From assembly GCA_036785375.1 (NCBI GenBank), contig JAWMAR010000009.1, positions 15,686,001 to 15,750,000 of the forward strand: DNA of 64,000 bases. Reading direction: 5' to 3'. Shown here in pieces: positions 37,301 through 51,256 of this stretch; within the stretch, counting starts at the first letter, position 1, and every line of letters begins with the position of its first letter. The translations under genes were made by a program, and so were the position numbers. Below the pieces are notes generated by a model. It made no database searches. It saw only the letters and a program-made list of their open reading frames with translations, and was not told the DNA's origin. This DNA comes from Leucoraja ocellata. Taxonomy: Eukaryota.

Positions 37301-39049
37301 GGTTATATTTCAAAGATAGACACCAAATGCTGGAGTAACTCAGCGGGACAGGCAGCATCTCTGGAGAGGAGGAATGAGCGACGTTTCAGATCGAGACCCT
37401 TCTTCAGACTGAAGTCTTCGGTGTAAACCAGCATCTGCAGTTCCTTCCTACATACTGGTTATATTTTAATGTTTTCCAAGGCACTGCCAGCATCATAACA
37501 TCTAATCTATCTTCTCGCACCACTTTAAATGAAAGCTCTTATGTATCTCTTAGCTCCAGATTGGGTTTACATGTGGTTTGTGCTGAATTAATCTGATCTG
37601 AGGCCAGGTGGTGTGGGTGTGATTGTCATCTTTGGCATTCCTGAGTTAAGGAGGAGAAGAAAAATCAACAATTGTCCCTTCTCTTGACCCCTACCCTGGA
37701 ACCTCGGAGGAATGTGTGTAAATAAATGGTTTACTTCTGATTGATGCCAGAAATGTTTGAAACTTGATGCGTGAAGGGATATTTTGGACAAGTACCCACG
37801 TTTGATACGGAAGAATTGAAATGATTGTGGAGAGAAGTATTATAGATCATGTTACGGAATATTTTAGCATTCTGGCTGACATGTTTTCTGCTGCAGTGTG
37901 TATGTGGGTGGACAGTGTGGTGTAGATTTCTTCGTGTGCAACAAGTTCTTAAATGATTTTGGAGTTGGGTGTCCGAACTGATAGCGTTGAGAGATTTAGC
38001 CCTCCATGTTGGTCCAGCTTCTGACTGCTGGTGATTAGCAAGGAGAAGGAGAATGGTTCCTTTCACAAAAGTCGGTGCTGTTGGGAACAAACACGTTTCT
38101 GTTCCCCTGCCTCCTGCCTCGCTCCAGGCGGGTCAGAGAGCACTTGGATGTCAAACCAGATGGCTCGCAGGAGGCTCTGTTGGGTAGCAGCGGCTCACAT
38201 CACCCAGCAGCCAGGCACTGCATGGAGCGCACACACAACTGTAACTCTGTCCATTGAGCTTCCTGAACACAGCTACAAGAACTAAGCTGTGTAACATGAA
38301 TCTGTTCATGCAGTCACACAATTCCTTCTTGTGACAGATTGACACTATCACCCTTTTAACTGGAATGGATCCTAAATGTCGTGTATTAGATTTCTGGGAC
38401 ACAGGCAAGGGACAACAGTGCAGGCATTCATTCGATTACCACTTGCCCAGAGACCTTCCGGGAGCTATTGGGCAGCACGGTGGCGCAGCGGTAGAGCTGC
38501 TGCCTTTCTGAGCCAGAGCCCCGAGTTCAATCCTGACTACAGGTGCTGTCTGTGCAGAGTTTGTACGTTCTCTGTGACTGCGTGGGTTTTCCTCCCGCAT
38601 TCCAAAGGCGTGCAGGTTTGTCGGTCTCATTAACAAAATCACCTTGAACTTTGTGCTGCCCTGCTCTTAATAGATTTCCCATTCCGTTAAACGGTTCATT
38701 TCTCACCCGGCTTCATTGACCATTGCTGACATACTTGTGCCTCAGCTGGGAATGTCTGACAGTAGGTGGTGCTTCCTGAGAATGCCAAAGCAAATACCTG
38801 CTGCAGACACGAGTATTTCCAAGACAAATGTAGACTGCTATTTGAACGGGGTTGTGTCTGATGCTGGTGGACGTGGAGTGTTGAAGGAACAGGACGTTTG
38901 AGTGGCTTGAGTTGACGTGAGCAGTCGCCATCTACAATTTCAATAAGTGGTGTGAAGTTAGCGTTATTCGGCAGAAAGTGAGCTATGTTTATCAAATGCA
39001 CTCCTTTGAAGTTAACGGCATTATTCTACTGGGGAGAAAGCTAGCTTTA

Positions 39050-39360
39050 TATAGTCAATGGCAAGACCCTTAACAGCGTTTACGTGCAAAGGGATCTTGG
39101 AGTCCACATTCGTAGCTCAACTAAAGGTGTCTGCACAAGTAGATAGGGTGATGAAGAAGGTGAAAGACATGCTTGACTTCGTAGGTTGGATGGACTTGGA
39201 TGGTTTTCTCTGGAACGTCGGAGGTTGAGGGGAGACTTGATAGAAGTGTATAACATTATGAGAGGCATTGATAGGGTCGACAGTCAGAGCTTTCTACCCA
39301 GAGTGGAAATGCCCAATACTAGAGGGCATAGCTATGAGGTGAGAGAGGGAAAGTTTAACG
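39050..39360 (+). mobile_element. CR1 fragment
   Basis: LGWFSLERRRLRGDLIEVY motif. Others at about 45710-46030, 47825-48045(-), 53700-54025 and 59065-59232(-). Confidence 0.75.
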
Positions 39361-42300
39361 TTTCAAGTTGAATGTTTGTGGCTGGTAAAGCTGGTGGGAA
39401 TTTCCCCTTGCCCATCCCAATCCCGAACATCCCTGCAATTTCATGAGTTTTTTGAGGTGCAGAGCAATTTCTAAGTTTAAAACAAGGATGAAAGTAACTG
39501 AAAATTAGCTCACAAACCATCAAAAATCAAGGCAAGCGGATAAAAGCAGCAACAGACCCAAAAGCCTTGAAGTTAACAAATATACCATTGAGCACTTGAG
39601 TTCAGATTCATTACAAACAGAATGGTTAGCCCTCTGCTCAATGTACATGTTCATTTAACAGAGCTCATCTTATTAGATAGTAGACAAAAAAGCTGGAGAA
39701 ACTCAGCGGGTGAGGCAGCATCTATGGAGCGAAGGAATAGATGACGTTTCGGGTCGAGACCCATCTTCAGACATCTTATTAGATGTTCATTGAACTTATG
39801 CCACAATGAGAGTATATATTTTTTTCATAAATTAAAAAATTAACTCTTTATTTTTGTCCTGAGGTATCTCGGGGATACATGCTCCAATCTGGTCAGACTT
39901 TGATTATTTCCATTGCCAATGAAAACAAAGGCTCTACATAGAAATGGGGAGCCCGCACAAAGGAAATTAAAATGGAAGGAATAAATAACCTGAATGGAAA
40001 TGTTAAAGAGAGTAATAAGAAAAAAGAGTTGATAGAGGAAAGCAGCTAATCCTCGCAAGAGTAATTGATATATTATTTTAAAACATTATTATCATTACTT
40101 TAAAATCTCTGCATCACTCTAGCTTTCCAGCCGCATTGTGAATAGTGATTGAAATTTCTGTCTGATCAATAAAATTAGATTTTTTACAAATGGCAGTGGA
40201 CTGTAAAGCAAAATATTTATTCAGTGGCAATTCTTCAAATATAGTTCAAGGATTTCTGCTTCTGACTGGGAGCCACGCGTGCTGGAAGCACATACCAGGA
40301 ACTAGGGTGCAAAGGTCAGTACTCCCGAAGAGATTTTCCGTCCATTAATTTTAACGGACAGAAAATCCTGCAAGGCATGTTGACCTCTCCTCTGAATTCC
40401 CATTGTGCTCCCCTCACCATGAGATTTACCCTCAAGGACTGCCACCCCCAAAAGCACATTTGCAGTACGTACATTTATCAAGACACCATACAACAAACCA
40501 GAACGACAACGCTGCCCTATAATAATCTCAAGCAATATTGCAGTCATTTGGTAGCTTTTCCCCGTCAAGATCATTTCAAGTCTGCTGTTAAAATTAAAAT
40601 GAAATAAGTACATTCCGCAGTGGGTCTGTGGGGAGAGTTGTATTATTCATCATCAAGGAATGATCAGCATCTCTCGTGACCTCCATTTTGTAAGATGGCA
40701 AATGTGCCTGGATGTACTGAGCATTTGGGGTAATTAGGGGTTGTCTCAATTTCTAGGGGGGATCATTTATCACACATATTATTCACTCGTGTGGGTACGT
40801 TAATAAACGTCCTGGAGTACAACGTCATGTTGTGGCTTGTTAATCATTTAAAAGATCTTCAGGGCTGATGTGCCACGATTGCCTATGTTTCCTTTCCTCC
40901 ATCTCCAATAATTGAACTTCATTCTCAGAAAATAAATATTTTGCCATGTATTCCGCATTTCCATAAAGCAACAAAAACTTTTCACTGCATCTCAGGACTA
41001 GTGACCTTAAATTAATGCCAAATAACTAATTGTGGAGCCACACAGCACAGAATCAGGCCTTTTGGCCCAACTCGCTCATGCTGACCCATCTATGCCTAGA
41101 GACATACAACATGTAAACAGGCCCTTTGGCCCAACTTGTCCATGCTAATCAAGATGCTCCATCTACGCATAGTCATACAGCATGTAAATAAGCCCGATAG
41201 CCCACTGATTTTGTTATGAAGCAAAACAGGCTGCTTTTCTTCTGCAGGGTTCATGCATGAGCTGTAACTCATTCATGCTCACATATGCACATAATTACTT
41301 TTATATCCAGCTTCAGGTACAAGTTAATAAGCTCCATTCCTCTGAACAACAGAGGAGAAAGTTATTGTGGAAGTGCAGATTCTTAGGTCAATCTATTTCC
41401 GAACACCCTATTCGATCAGTTGACTACATGCTTCTGACATTCAGCTTACTCAAAAACCTTGTGTTTGTTCTTGTCACTACCAAGATATTTGGAATATCTT
41501 TAGAGTTAAATCGGAGTGGTAGACTTGGTGATGCAAGGATGGAAGCGAGGGAACTCTGTGACAAACTTAGTCATTTAGTTGTTGGAACCAGACTTGTGCA
41601 ATAATCCAGACCATTGCTGGAACCTGGAACTGAGGAGAAAAAATCGTTCTCCTTCAGCTCTAGTAATTCTAAACTGAATGCCCCAAAGAGCAGAATGGGA
41701 TTTGACAGATAAATAAGGGCATACCAGCGTGTGTTTCTAATGAGTTGCATAGAGTTCAGCTGGGTAAGCTTCAATACTATCCCTTGCAGACTTCAGCCAC
41801 AAACACCAGCTCTGAACTTCCATCAGTTGGTTCTGTCTTTTATTTTAGGCTATTTCATAGTTGAATTTTTGCGTAGAGAAATTCAATTTGTCGGGGGGGG
41901 GGGGGGGGGGGAGAAAGCAGATGCTAGTTTATACTGAAGACTGAGACAAAATACTGGGGTCATTCTGCGGGCCAGGCAGCATATCTGGAGAAAAGGAATA
42001 GGTGATGTTTTGGGTCGGAAACCTTTTTCAGGCTAAAGATGGGTTCCGACCCGAAACGTCACCTATTCTTTTTGTCCAGAGATGCTGCCTGACCCGCTGA
42101 GCTACTGCAGCATCTTGTGTCTTGTCTTGTTAATTCCGAGCAACTTGGCGTGGAGTGTCTTAAGTAAGCTGATGCACTTTTATGCTGGTGATGGATGGAT
42201 ATGGATTACGCACAGGTAGATAAGGGATGGACACAAAATGCTGGAGTAACTCAGCGGGACAGGCAGCATCTCTGGAGAGAAGGAATGGGTGACGTTTCGG

Positions 42301-44639
42301 GTCGAGGCCCTTCTTCAGACCTGACCCGAATCATCATCCATTCTTTCTCTCCAGAGATGCTGCCTGTCCTGCTGAGATACTCCAGTTTTTTTGTGCCTAT
42401 CTTCGGTTGAAACCAGCATCTGCAGTTCCTTCCTGCACTTTTTGCTGGTGTCAGCCACCTAATTGATCAAGAAGAAAGAAATCATTAGTAGCATATTCCT
42501 GGCTATTTGTTATCATCGATTTATCTTTAGCCCAGCATGTTACGGCAACATTCTTTGTCTGGAATTTGCCAAGCAAATGCAGAGTGTGAATGAAATGGCA
42601 TTTAAGTCCAGCCAAGACAATTCTCCTCCCAGGTGTTGTTCAGCTAAAAATGGAAACAGCACTGTTTGCTTGGGGATGAAAGCCTCAACCTTTGTTTGCC
42701 TTCAGCAGATGCCATTCATGTAACTAATTAGCCAGTCATTTGTTTGCATACAGCAAGATGACATTTTTCATCTAACTAATTAGCGAATCATTTGCAATGC
42801 AATAGAAGTTAAATACTTCACCCTTTGAGCGGCCTATTTAAAGTTCCCCCAAGTGAACAATAGTTGAGGCAAAATTCTTGCCTGCACCAGCTTTTCAGGT
42901 AAATTGGTGCTGTTTTTATTTGCTTCAGATGTTTGGTAACCCAATCTGAAGCAGAAAGCAGAATGCATAGACTTCTGGTGAGATGATATAACTACCAGCA
43001 TTTACTCAATATGTACAGAAATGCAAGCGACAAAAGCTGTATGTTGTTCGCAGTCCAAGAGATTTCTCTGATGTCTTCAAACTCAGAGAAGAGGTTGAGT
43101 GCTTTACAGTTGGCATTTGAAGTAATGCTGTATGTGTTTAGATACACCTTTGATGTCACGGGTTATGGGGAGAAGACAGGAGAATGGGGTTAGGAGGGAG
43201 AAATGAATCAGCCATGATTGAACGGTGGAGTAGACATGATGGGCCGAATGGCCTAATTTTACTCCTATCATTTATGAACATGTACCTACTTTAGGACCTT
43301 GGGTAATTTTCAGGACTCTACAATACAATGTTGCACATATTTGTGGACAGTTGGAATGTACAGCATTTTTTATGTTGGTGTATGTTTTGCCATTTGCAGT
43401 CAATTAAAATCAATTTTACATTGTTCAATGGTTCTTTACTGTTCAATGGTACCATATTGTCAATTGTCGCGGGGTGACTCCTGTTTGTCGCCCAAAGAGT
43501 TGTACCTTTTTCTAGTCACCGCTGGATTTTCAACATTTTGAAAAGTTTCAGCGACCTGCTGCGACTATGACGGGTGCTGGCAAGTTTCCGAAAAAATCGC
43601 GTAAGTGGGACAGGCCCTTAAGTCGCATTATCCATATAAATATCGAATGCTCAGACAATTAGTTGAGGATCTATGCAGACTCCGCAACTTCTTTCTGTGT
43701 TTGATAAGGCTCAGTTGTGTATTCTAATCGCATTGGAGTTGATTATAAGTAGACTGTGAAAATTAGGTCACTAAGATACAGAAATACTTAGCAACTTACT
43801 AGCATTATACACCTTCTTCACATCAGGTTTTTGTTACTCCAGTGATGTAGGAGTCTTTGCAGTACTGTGTGCAACAAGTGTATTTTCCCAGAAAAGTTTC
43901 AGTCCGTTCTGAATATGTTCCAGAGCACCATGTGCTGGAGTAACTCAGCAGGTGGGGCAGCATCTGTAGAAGGAATGGATTGGCAACGGTTCGGGTCTGA
44001 GTTTGAAGAAGGGTCCAGACCCGATACATCACAGATCCATTCCCTCCACAGATGCTGCTTGGCTTACTGAGTTACTCCAGCACCTTGTCTTTTGCTCAAG
44101 ATCCCAGCGTCTGCAGCTCCTTGTGTTTCTGATGCAGGGTATGGGGTACTGGTCCAGCCCTCTTTTCTTTCAAAGCAAAACCATCATCTGATGGATAGAG
44201 GGAAACACAAAGTGCTGGAGGGGCTCGGCAGGTCCAGCAGCATCTGTAGGGGGAAATGGACAGACAATGTTTTGTTTCGGGGCCTTTCTTTTAGCTGATG
44301 CATAAGATGATTCTGTTTCTAGCAGTAGTATTGTGCGGCTGTTATATTGAGATGACCAAAGCAATGTATCAACCTGTTCTTGGGAAGCAACATATTGATC
44401 ATTGGGAAATCTCAGCCACATTAAATGGAATGTGGTTAAATAATCGTTTAACTTGATATGATGCTAAGGTTGATAAGGAAGTGGTGCGATCACAGAGAAG
44501 GCCAGTATCTGCTTGGATAGACTGTACAATTGTCTTCATGTTTAATACAATATTAAGGGCCCGACTGACCTGAAAGTGAAAAGACTGCTGCTCTCATCGA
44601 TCTCTAATGTGGGCTGCAAACTGTTGGCAGGTTTTGCCG

Positions 44640-44945
44640 GGGTGGCACAGTGGCGCAGCGCTGGAGTTGCTACCTTACAGCGCCAGAGATCCGGGTTCAA
44701 TCTTGACTACGGATGCTGCCTGTCCGGAGTTTGTATGTTCTCCTCGTGACTGCGTGAGTTTTCCTCGTGTGCTCCGGTTTCCTCCCACATTCCAAAGACA
44801 TAAGGGTTTGTCAGTTAATTGGCTTCGGTAAGTTGGATAATTGTCCCTCATGTGTGTGTGTAGAACAGTGCTCGTGCACGGAGCAATCGCTGGTCGGCGC
44901 GGACTCAGTGGGCCGAAAGGCCTGTTTCCACACTGTATCTCTTAA
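44640..44945 (+). mobile_element. V-SINE
   Basis: Family match. Partial copies also at about 25093-25165, 35845-35990, 38470-38630 and 48130-48350. Confidence 0.8.
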
Positions 44946-46092
44946 CATCTAAACGTCTCTGCAGCATGCAAGCGGCGGAACATAGCCAAGTGTTTTCAAG
45001 CAATGTCAGTATCAGCATCGAGGCTGGCGATAAAATAAAAATAGCAAAATACTGCGCATGGCTGGAAAGCTGAAATAAAAGCACCAGATATTCAAGATAC
45101 TCAGTAGACCAGGGACCATCTGTGGAGAGAGAAAAGAGTTAACTTTTCAGATCAACAAATTAACATCCAAACTGGAAAATATTGGAGATAAAGCAAGTTT
45201 TAAGATACAGCGAAATTGAGGAAGGGAGGGCAGGGGTACAAGATAAAAGTGTCGAGCAAAAGAGAAGACAGTCCGGGGCAAAAATGAGTGGTAATGAGAC
45301 TGGAATCGAATGATGGACCGGGAAGGGATGGAATTGGAGATGGTAAATTCATTTTATGAAAATAGAACATATTGAAGTCACCTGGCAAAAAGATGCATTA
45401 GGTCCTCCTGAACTCCCAGCTTCTCGCTACCCAATGGTGAGAGGGAGTTTTTGCTCATCTAGTCTGGGATGTCCAATAACCCATCTGGTAACTTGGACGC
45501 GATAGAGGTTTCAAAGGGAATGGATGGATGGCAGACCTCTGTGGTTTCAGCTGATGTTTGGAAACTGTTGCTGTATTTCAGATGATGTTGCTCAGGACAA
45601 TGGGTAAGTTATCGGAAGGGACCAAGGATAGATCCTAAGGGACACCAATAGTTATGATCCAAATGCAGGAAGAAAAAAAAAATTGCTATATTATTTTGCT
45701 ACCTCTGGATGGACAAGGGGAATAGATAGGGTAGGTGCACAAAGTCTTTTACCCCGAGTAAGGGAATCAAGAAGCAGAGGACATAGGGTTAAGGTGAGAG
45801 GGGGAACATTTAATAGGAACAGGGGTAATCAGAGGGTGGTAGGTGTATGGAACAAGCTGCCAGAGGAGGTAGTTGAGGCGGGTCCTATTACAACAGACAT
45901 TTGGAAAGGTACATGGGCAGGATAGATTTAGAGGGAGATGGGCTAAATGCGGCCGGGTGGAGCTAGCCTGGATGGGGCTTCTTGGTCGGGCATGGGCAGG
46001 TTGGGCTGAGGGGCCTGTCTCCATGTTGTACTAAGAGTGGAAGTAGCTGGGTGCATTCTCACCCAGCTGGACAGAGGTGGATAAGCTTTAGA

Positions 46093-46386
46093 AGTCACGG
46101 TGGCGCAGCGGTAGAGTTGCTGTCTTACAGCGAATGCAGAGCCATAGACCCGGGTTCGATCCCGACCACGGGTGCTGTTTGTACGGAGTTTGTACGTTCT
46201 CCCTGTGATCTACGTGGGTTTTCTCCGAGATCTTCGGTTTCCTCACACATTCTAGGTTGGTTTGGTGAATGTAAAAATTGTCCCCAGTGGGTGTAGGATA
46301 GTGTTATTGTGCGGGGATCGCTGGTCGGCACGGACCCAGTGGGCCGAAGGGCCTGTTTCTGCGCTGTATCTCTAAACTAAACTAAA
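46093..46386 (+). mobile_element. V-SINE
   Basis: Head, V domain, ctaaactaaac tail. Confidence 0.85.
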
Positions 46387-49154
46387 AGTGGGCAGTGAAG
46401 TTGTGATGCAGACAGGTTAAGGTAGAGATACAAGGGATTGCAGGTGCAGCAATCTGGAGCAAAAAGCAAACTGCTGGATGAAGTCACCTATTTAGACAGC
46501 ATGCTAAAAGACAGATACACAAACCTGGAGTAACTCAGCGGGCCAGGCAGCATCTCGGGAGAAAAGCAATAGGTGACGTTTCAGATCGAGACCCTTCTTC
46601 AGACTGAAACGTCAACCTATTCCTATTCTCCAGAGACGCTGTCTGACCAGCAGAGTTACTCCATTTTTTTGTGTAGGAAAGAACTGCAGATGCTGGTTTA
46701 AATCGAAGGTAGACACAAAAAGCTGGAATAACTCAGCGGGACAGGCAGCATCTCTGGAGCAAAGGAATGGGTGACGTTTCGGGTCGAGGCCCTTGTTCAG
46801 ACTTTTCTGCCTATCTTCGGGTTAAATCAGCATCTGCAGTTCCTTCCTACAGCAGGTTTTGTGTTTGGGTCACCTCTTTTATTCTCATTTTTGAAGGCTC
46901 AGTGGACTGTGGAAGCCGAAGCAGTGGGCACTCAATTCAGTGTGAATGATAAAAATATCAAAGACATATGAGCAAAGAAAACTATTTTGAAATTCTGCAT
47001 AAGCTGATGGTTCATTTGTGTGAACATAGAAAATGGTAAAAGTGCGTAAAAACATGAATTGCTTGGCAAATGACTATGGAATTTGGAGCATGAAAACTAT
47101 AAAATCTGTTGGATATTGGCCCGGCATTAATATTCGGCACAGCTGGAAAATATGAAGGGAAGTTATGATATTTGGCTACCAGTATACACAATAGTCACCT
47201 CCTCATTTCCTTTTTCAATATAATACATTTTTTGTTAGCGGATTTTGTCAACTGAAATGATTTTACTGTACCCCAGTGAGATTAACTGATGCCTGTAAGC
47301 AGCTGCCTGTGAGAGCTGTGCTTCATGAGAATTGGTCCAGCAGCAAGCCTTTAACTACCCTGACGACTTGGATAGGAAAAGAGATGCATAACAGAACAGC
47401 ACCAGACCAGGGCCAAGGTAGAAAGACTGCAGGTTGTGTTCCTGCTCCTGATCTAGTATTTGTTATTGAAAGGTACAGCGAAGAAAAAGACTCTTCGGCC
47501 TAGTGAGTCCATCGACCACCGATCTTCCATTCACACTAGTCGACCCTTGACATTCCCTCTCTCGCCGTGCCTCCCCCACTCTCATCATCCTACTAGTTTC
47601 ACTGTCGTCCTGCTTAGTTTCGCTGTTTATATCCACTCATTGTCACCTTCTCCACAGCCAACAATGGAGCATTGTGGGCTCCACTTATCCTTGATCATCT
47701 CTGCAGGCTTTGATTTGTTTTTTCATACCTCTCATGCATTTGGTCTTTGTACCTTTTCATATCTCTCATTTCCCTCTCCCCTGACTCTCAGTCTGAACAA
47801 TGGTCTCGACCTGAAACGTCACTTACATAGAAATTAGGTGCAGGAGTAGGCCATTCGGCCCTTCGAGCCTGCACCGCCATTCAATATGATCATGGCTGAT
47901 CATCCAACTCAGTATCCCGTACCTGCCTTCTCTCCATACCCCCTGATCCCCTTAGCCACAAGGGCCACATCTAACTCCCTCTTAAATATAGCCAATGAAC
48001 TGGCCTCAACTACCCTCTGTGGCAGAGAGTTCCAGAGATTCACCACTTCTCTCCAAAGATGCTGCCTGTCCCGCTGAATTACTCCAACATTTTGTGTGTA
48101 TCTTCAGTGTAAACCAGCATCTGCAGTTCCTTCCTACACACTAGTTTTATGTTATCCCCACTTCCACATCCCCTCTGTACACACCAGGGGCAATTTACTG
48201 AGGACAATAAACCTCAGAGTGTGGGAGGAAACCAGAGGGAACCGGAGATAATCCATGCGGCCACAGGGAGAACGTGCAAACTCCACATAGACAGCACTCA
48301 AAGTCAGAATTGAACTCGGGTGCCTGGGGCTGTGAGGCAGCAGCAGTGCGAGCTATTGGTATTGTGTGAGTGTGCTTCAGTATGAAGGCTGAATGAAGGC
48401 AAAGTTGAACTTGACAATAATTTCCTGTGTGTTCGGTACCCTGTTGGAACTTATTTTGGCAATGACATTAAAGGCAAGCTCAATATTATTCCAACACTAT
48501 CTCAGTGAGTGGGATCAGTGGAAATCGTTGCCACAGACGGCTGTGGAGGCCAAGTCAATGGATATTTTTAAGGCAGAAATTGCCTTAATGAGTACGGGTG
48601 TCGGGGGTTATAGGGCAAAGGCAGGAGAATGGGGTTGAGAGGGAAAGATAGATCAGGCCTGATTGGATGGCGGAGTAGATCCAATGGGCCAAATGGCCTA
48701 ATTCTGCTCCTGTAACTTATGAACTTTGAGCACTGAAAGCTGACGCCAAATGTACCCTACACCTAATGTTTGTTGAACAGGTTAAGCAGCGGACTTGTAA
48801 TAAGTTAAGTGAGGTGGTTTAGTAACAAATTCCACAACCTTTAAATACTTAAACTTTATCTATATGAATAAATTATGGTTTGACAGACACCGTACTCCAA
48901 TAACCCATCAATACCATGTATCATGTTAGAGCTGTTGTATGAATTTTATTATTGCTCAGTATTCGCAATTAATGACATAAATAATTCTAATTTTACATCT
49001 AATTACTGATTGTTAGTGCTCACTCCATTAAACATAGTGACCCTTTTTAGCCTGCACAGAATTACAATCTTGTGGGTGTTGCTGTATCTCAGCACTTGGG
49101 AGGTAATTGTCTGTGAAAATGTTTTCTTTCCCTGTTAACACTTGCTTCTATGTA

Positions 49155-49667
49155 CAGTGCCCTCCATAATGTTTGGGGGCAAAGACACATCATTTATTTA
49201 TTTGCCTCTGTACACCACAATTTGAGATTTGTAATTTGGCTTACTAAAATCAACTGTTTGGAACATCATTGAGAAGAAAGAGAGCACTGGTGAGCTTACT
49301 ACTTGCAAAGGGACTGGCAGGCCCAGGAAGGCCTCCACAGCCGATGACAGAAGAATTCTCTCTATAATAAAGAAAAATCCCCAGTCCGACAGATCAGAAA
49401 TACTCTTCAGGAGTCGGGTGTGGATTTGTCAATGACCAGTGTCTGCAGAAGACTTCATGAACAGAAATACGGAGGCCACACTGCAAGATGCAAACCACTG
49501 GTTAGCCGCTAAAAATAGGATGGCCCGGTTACAGTTTGCCATGAAGTACTTAAAAGAGCAACCACAGTTCTGGAAAAAAGGTCTTGTGGACAGATGAGAC
49601 GAAGATTAACTTATCAAATTGATAGCAAGAGCAAAGTATGGAGGAGAGAAGGAACTGCCCAAGATCC
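49155..49667 (+). mobile_element. Tc1/mariner element, left end and transposase remnant, cut by the assembly gap
   Basis: TA|CAGTGCCCTCCATAATGTTTGGG TIR. GTGRPRKAST.DDRRILSIIKKNP, RRLHEQKY, ARCKPLVS and LWTDETKINL motifs. Confidence 0.85.
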
Positions 49668-49903
49668 NNNNNNNNNNNNNNNNNNNNNNNNNNNNNNNNN
49701 NNNNNNNNNNNNNNNNNNNNNNNNNNNNNNNNNNNNNNNNNNNNNNNNNNNNNNNNNNNNNNNNNNNNNNNNNNNNNNNNNNNNNNNNNNNNNNNNNNNN
49801 NNNNNNNNNNNNNNNNNNNNNNNNNNNNNNNNNNNNNNNNNNNNNNNNNNNNNNNNNNNNNNNNNNNNNNNNNNNNNNNNNNNNNNNNNNNNNNNNNNNN
49901 NNN
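49668..49903. other. Assembly gap (236 N)
   Basis: Run of n. Confidence 1.
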
Positions 49904-51097
49904 CTCATATCATCCACATCTCGTAGAGATCCCCGCACATTTTTCCTCAACTCCTGTGAATATGGGGTCAGTCTTAATTGACCTTTGACCAAAGAGCAAC
50001 AAACTGCTTTCACACTGGAGTGCTTTTGGAGCAGTGCGGATGAAAGCTGGTCTATATCTTTCTGTGCAGGAATTGGCCTGGAGCCTTGTGCAGAATCAAA
50101 CACATTGGCACTTATTTCTATATTTATGTGGTCGTGAAGTGAATAAGTACATCACCGTACGCAACACCTATGATCTAAGTTGACGATTATTATACTAACT
50201 AATTGTAATTAATTCCATAAGCGCCTAAACTTGCAACATGACTCTTGCAGTTTTGACGAACAAGCACTTTCATTTCAATAATACGGTGTAGGTGCCAGTT
50301 AATACCTTCACTATAACATTGGAGTACACAATCCATTGTCGACTCTAGACATATTGCTTCTAATCTATGCGTTCCCGCTGTGTTTGTATTTGGTACCAAG
50401 TAGTTTATCCTGACATGGTGACACTATCGGACCAGAATATAACGTTTGCTGGATTGGACAAGTACAACGACACTATTTCACTGAAGCAAGTGGACACAAA
50501 AAACATCAGAGCTACTTTAGATAGACGCAAAATGCTGGAGATACTCAGCATCTCTGGAAAGAAGGAATGGGCGATGTTTCGGGGAGGGACCTTTCTTCAG
50601 ACAAAAGGTGGAGGGGGAGGGAACTGTTTTGCACAACTGGTCATAAACCAAACAGGTCCAGGACAAAATGTACTGCTTCTCACAACTGCCAGGATGTCCC
50701 TCCTTCAGAAATGTGGACTTGATTCCATTGTCTTCTTTGTTGAAAAGCACAAGGAACCTGGGCCTTCGATACAACCGAGTCAAATCTTGAAGCTAAATTC
50801 CCAAGTCATGTATTACCCCCCTGACAATAGACGTTCCTTCATTCTCCCAGTGAACTGATAGGGTAGCTCTCAACTGATCCAGGTTACGAGAATGTCTTCA
50901 TTGCGAATCTACAACCTGGCCATGCCCTGAACTCAGCCTCTAGCTTTTGGGATGTGAAACAAAAATACTTTCCACAACACCTCTTTTTTTCATGTAGAAA
51001 CAAGGAATTGCAGATGGAGGTTTACACATAGAAACAGAGAAAAATAGGTGCAGGAGTAGGCCATTCGGCCCTTCGAGTCAGCACCGCCATTCAATAT

Positions 51098-51256
51098 GTC
51101 AAGTCAAATCAAGTCACATTTATTTATATAGCACATTTAAAAAACAACTCTCGTTGGCCAAAGTGCTCTCCATTTGTTATAAGAATAGCACAACAAAAAC
51201 AGACTACATACATATAAACATGTAGCCCTCACTCAGAGGACGTCAGGAAAGGCTTG
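51098..51256 (-). mobile_element. L2-like LINE 3' tail inserted in a CR1 3' UTR
   Basis: (caagt)n...tttatttatatagcacattt. A similar tail with (aat)n lies at about 54502-54580. Confidence 0.5.

Noticed and set aside
46093-46170. tRNA genes at SINE heads
   Set aside because: A/B boxes run directly into the V domain and there is no complete cloverleaf.
49594-50103. ORFs spanning the N run
   Set aside because: Artefacts of the assembly gap.
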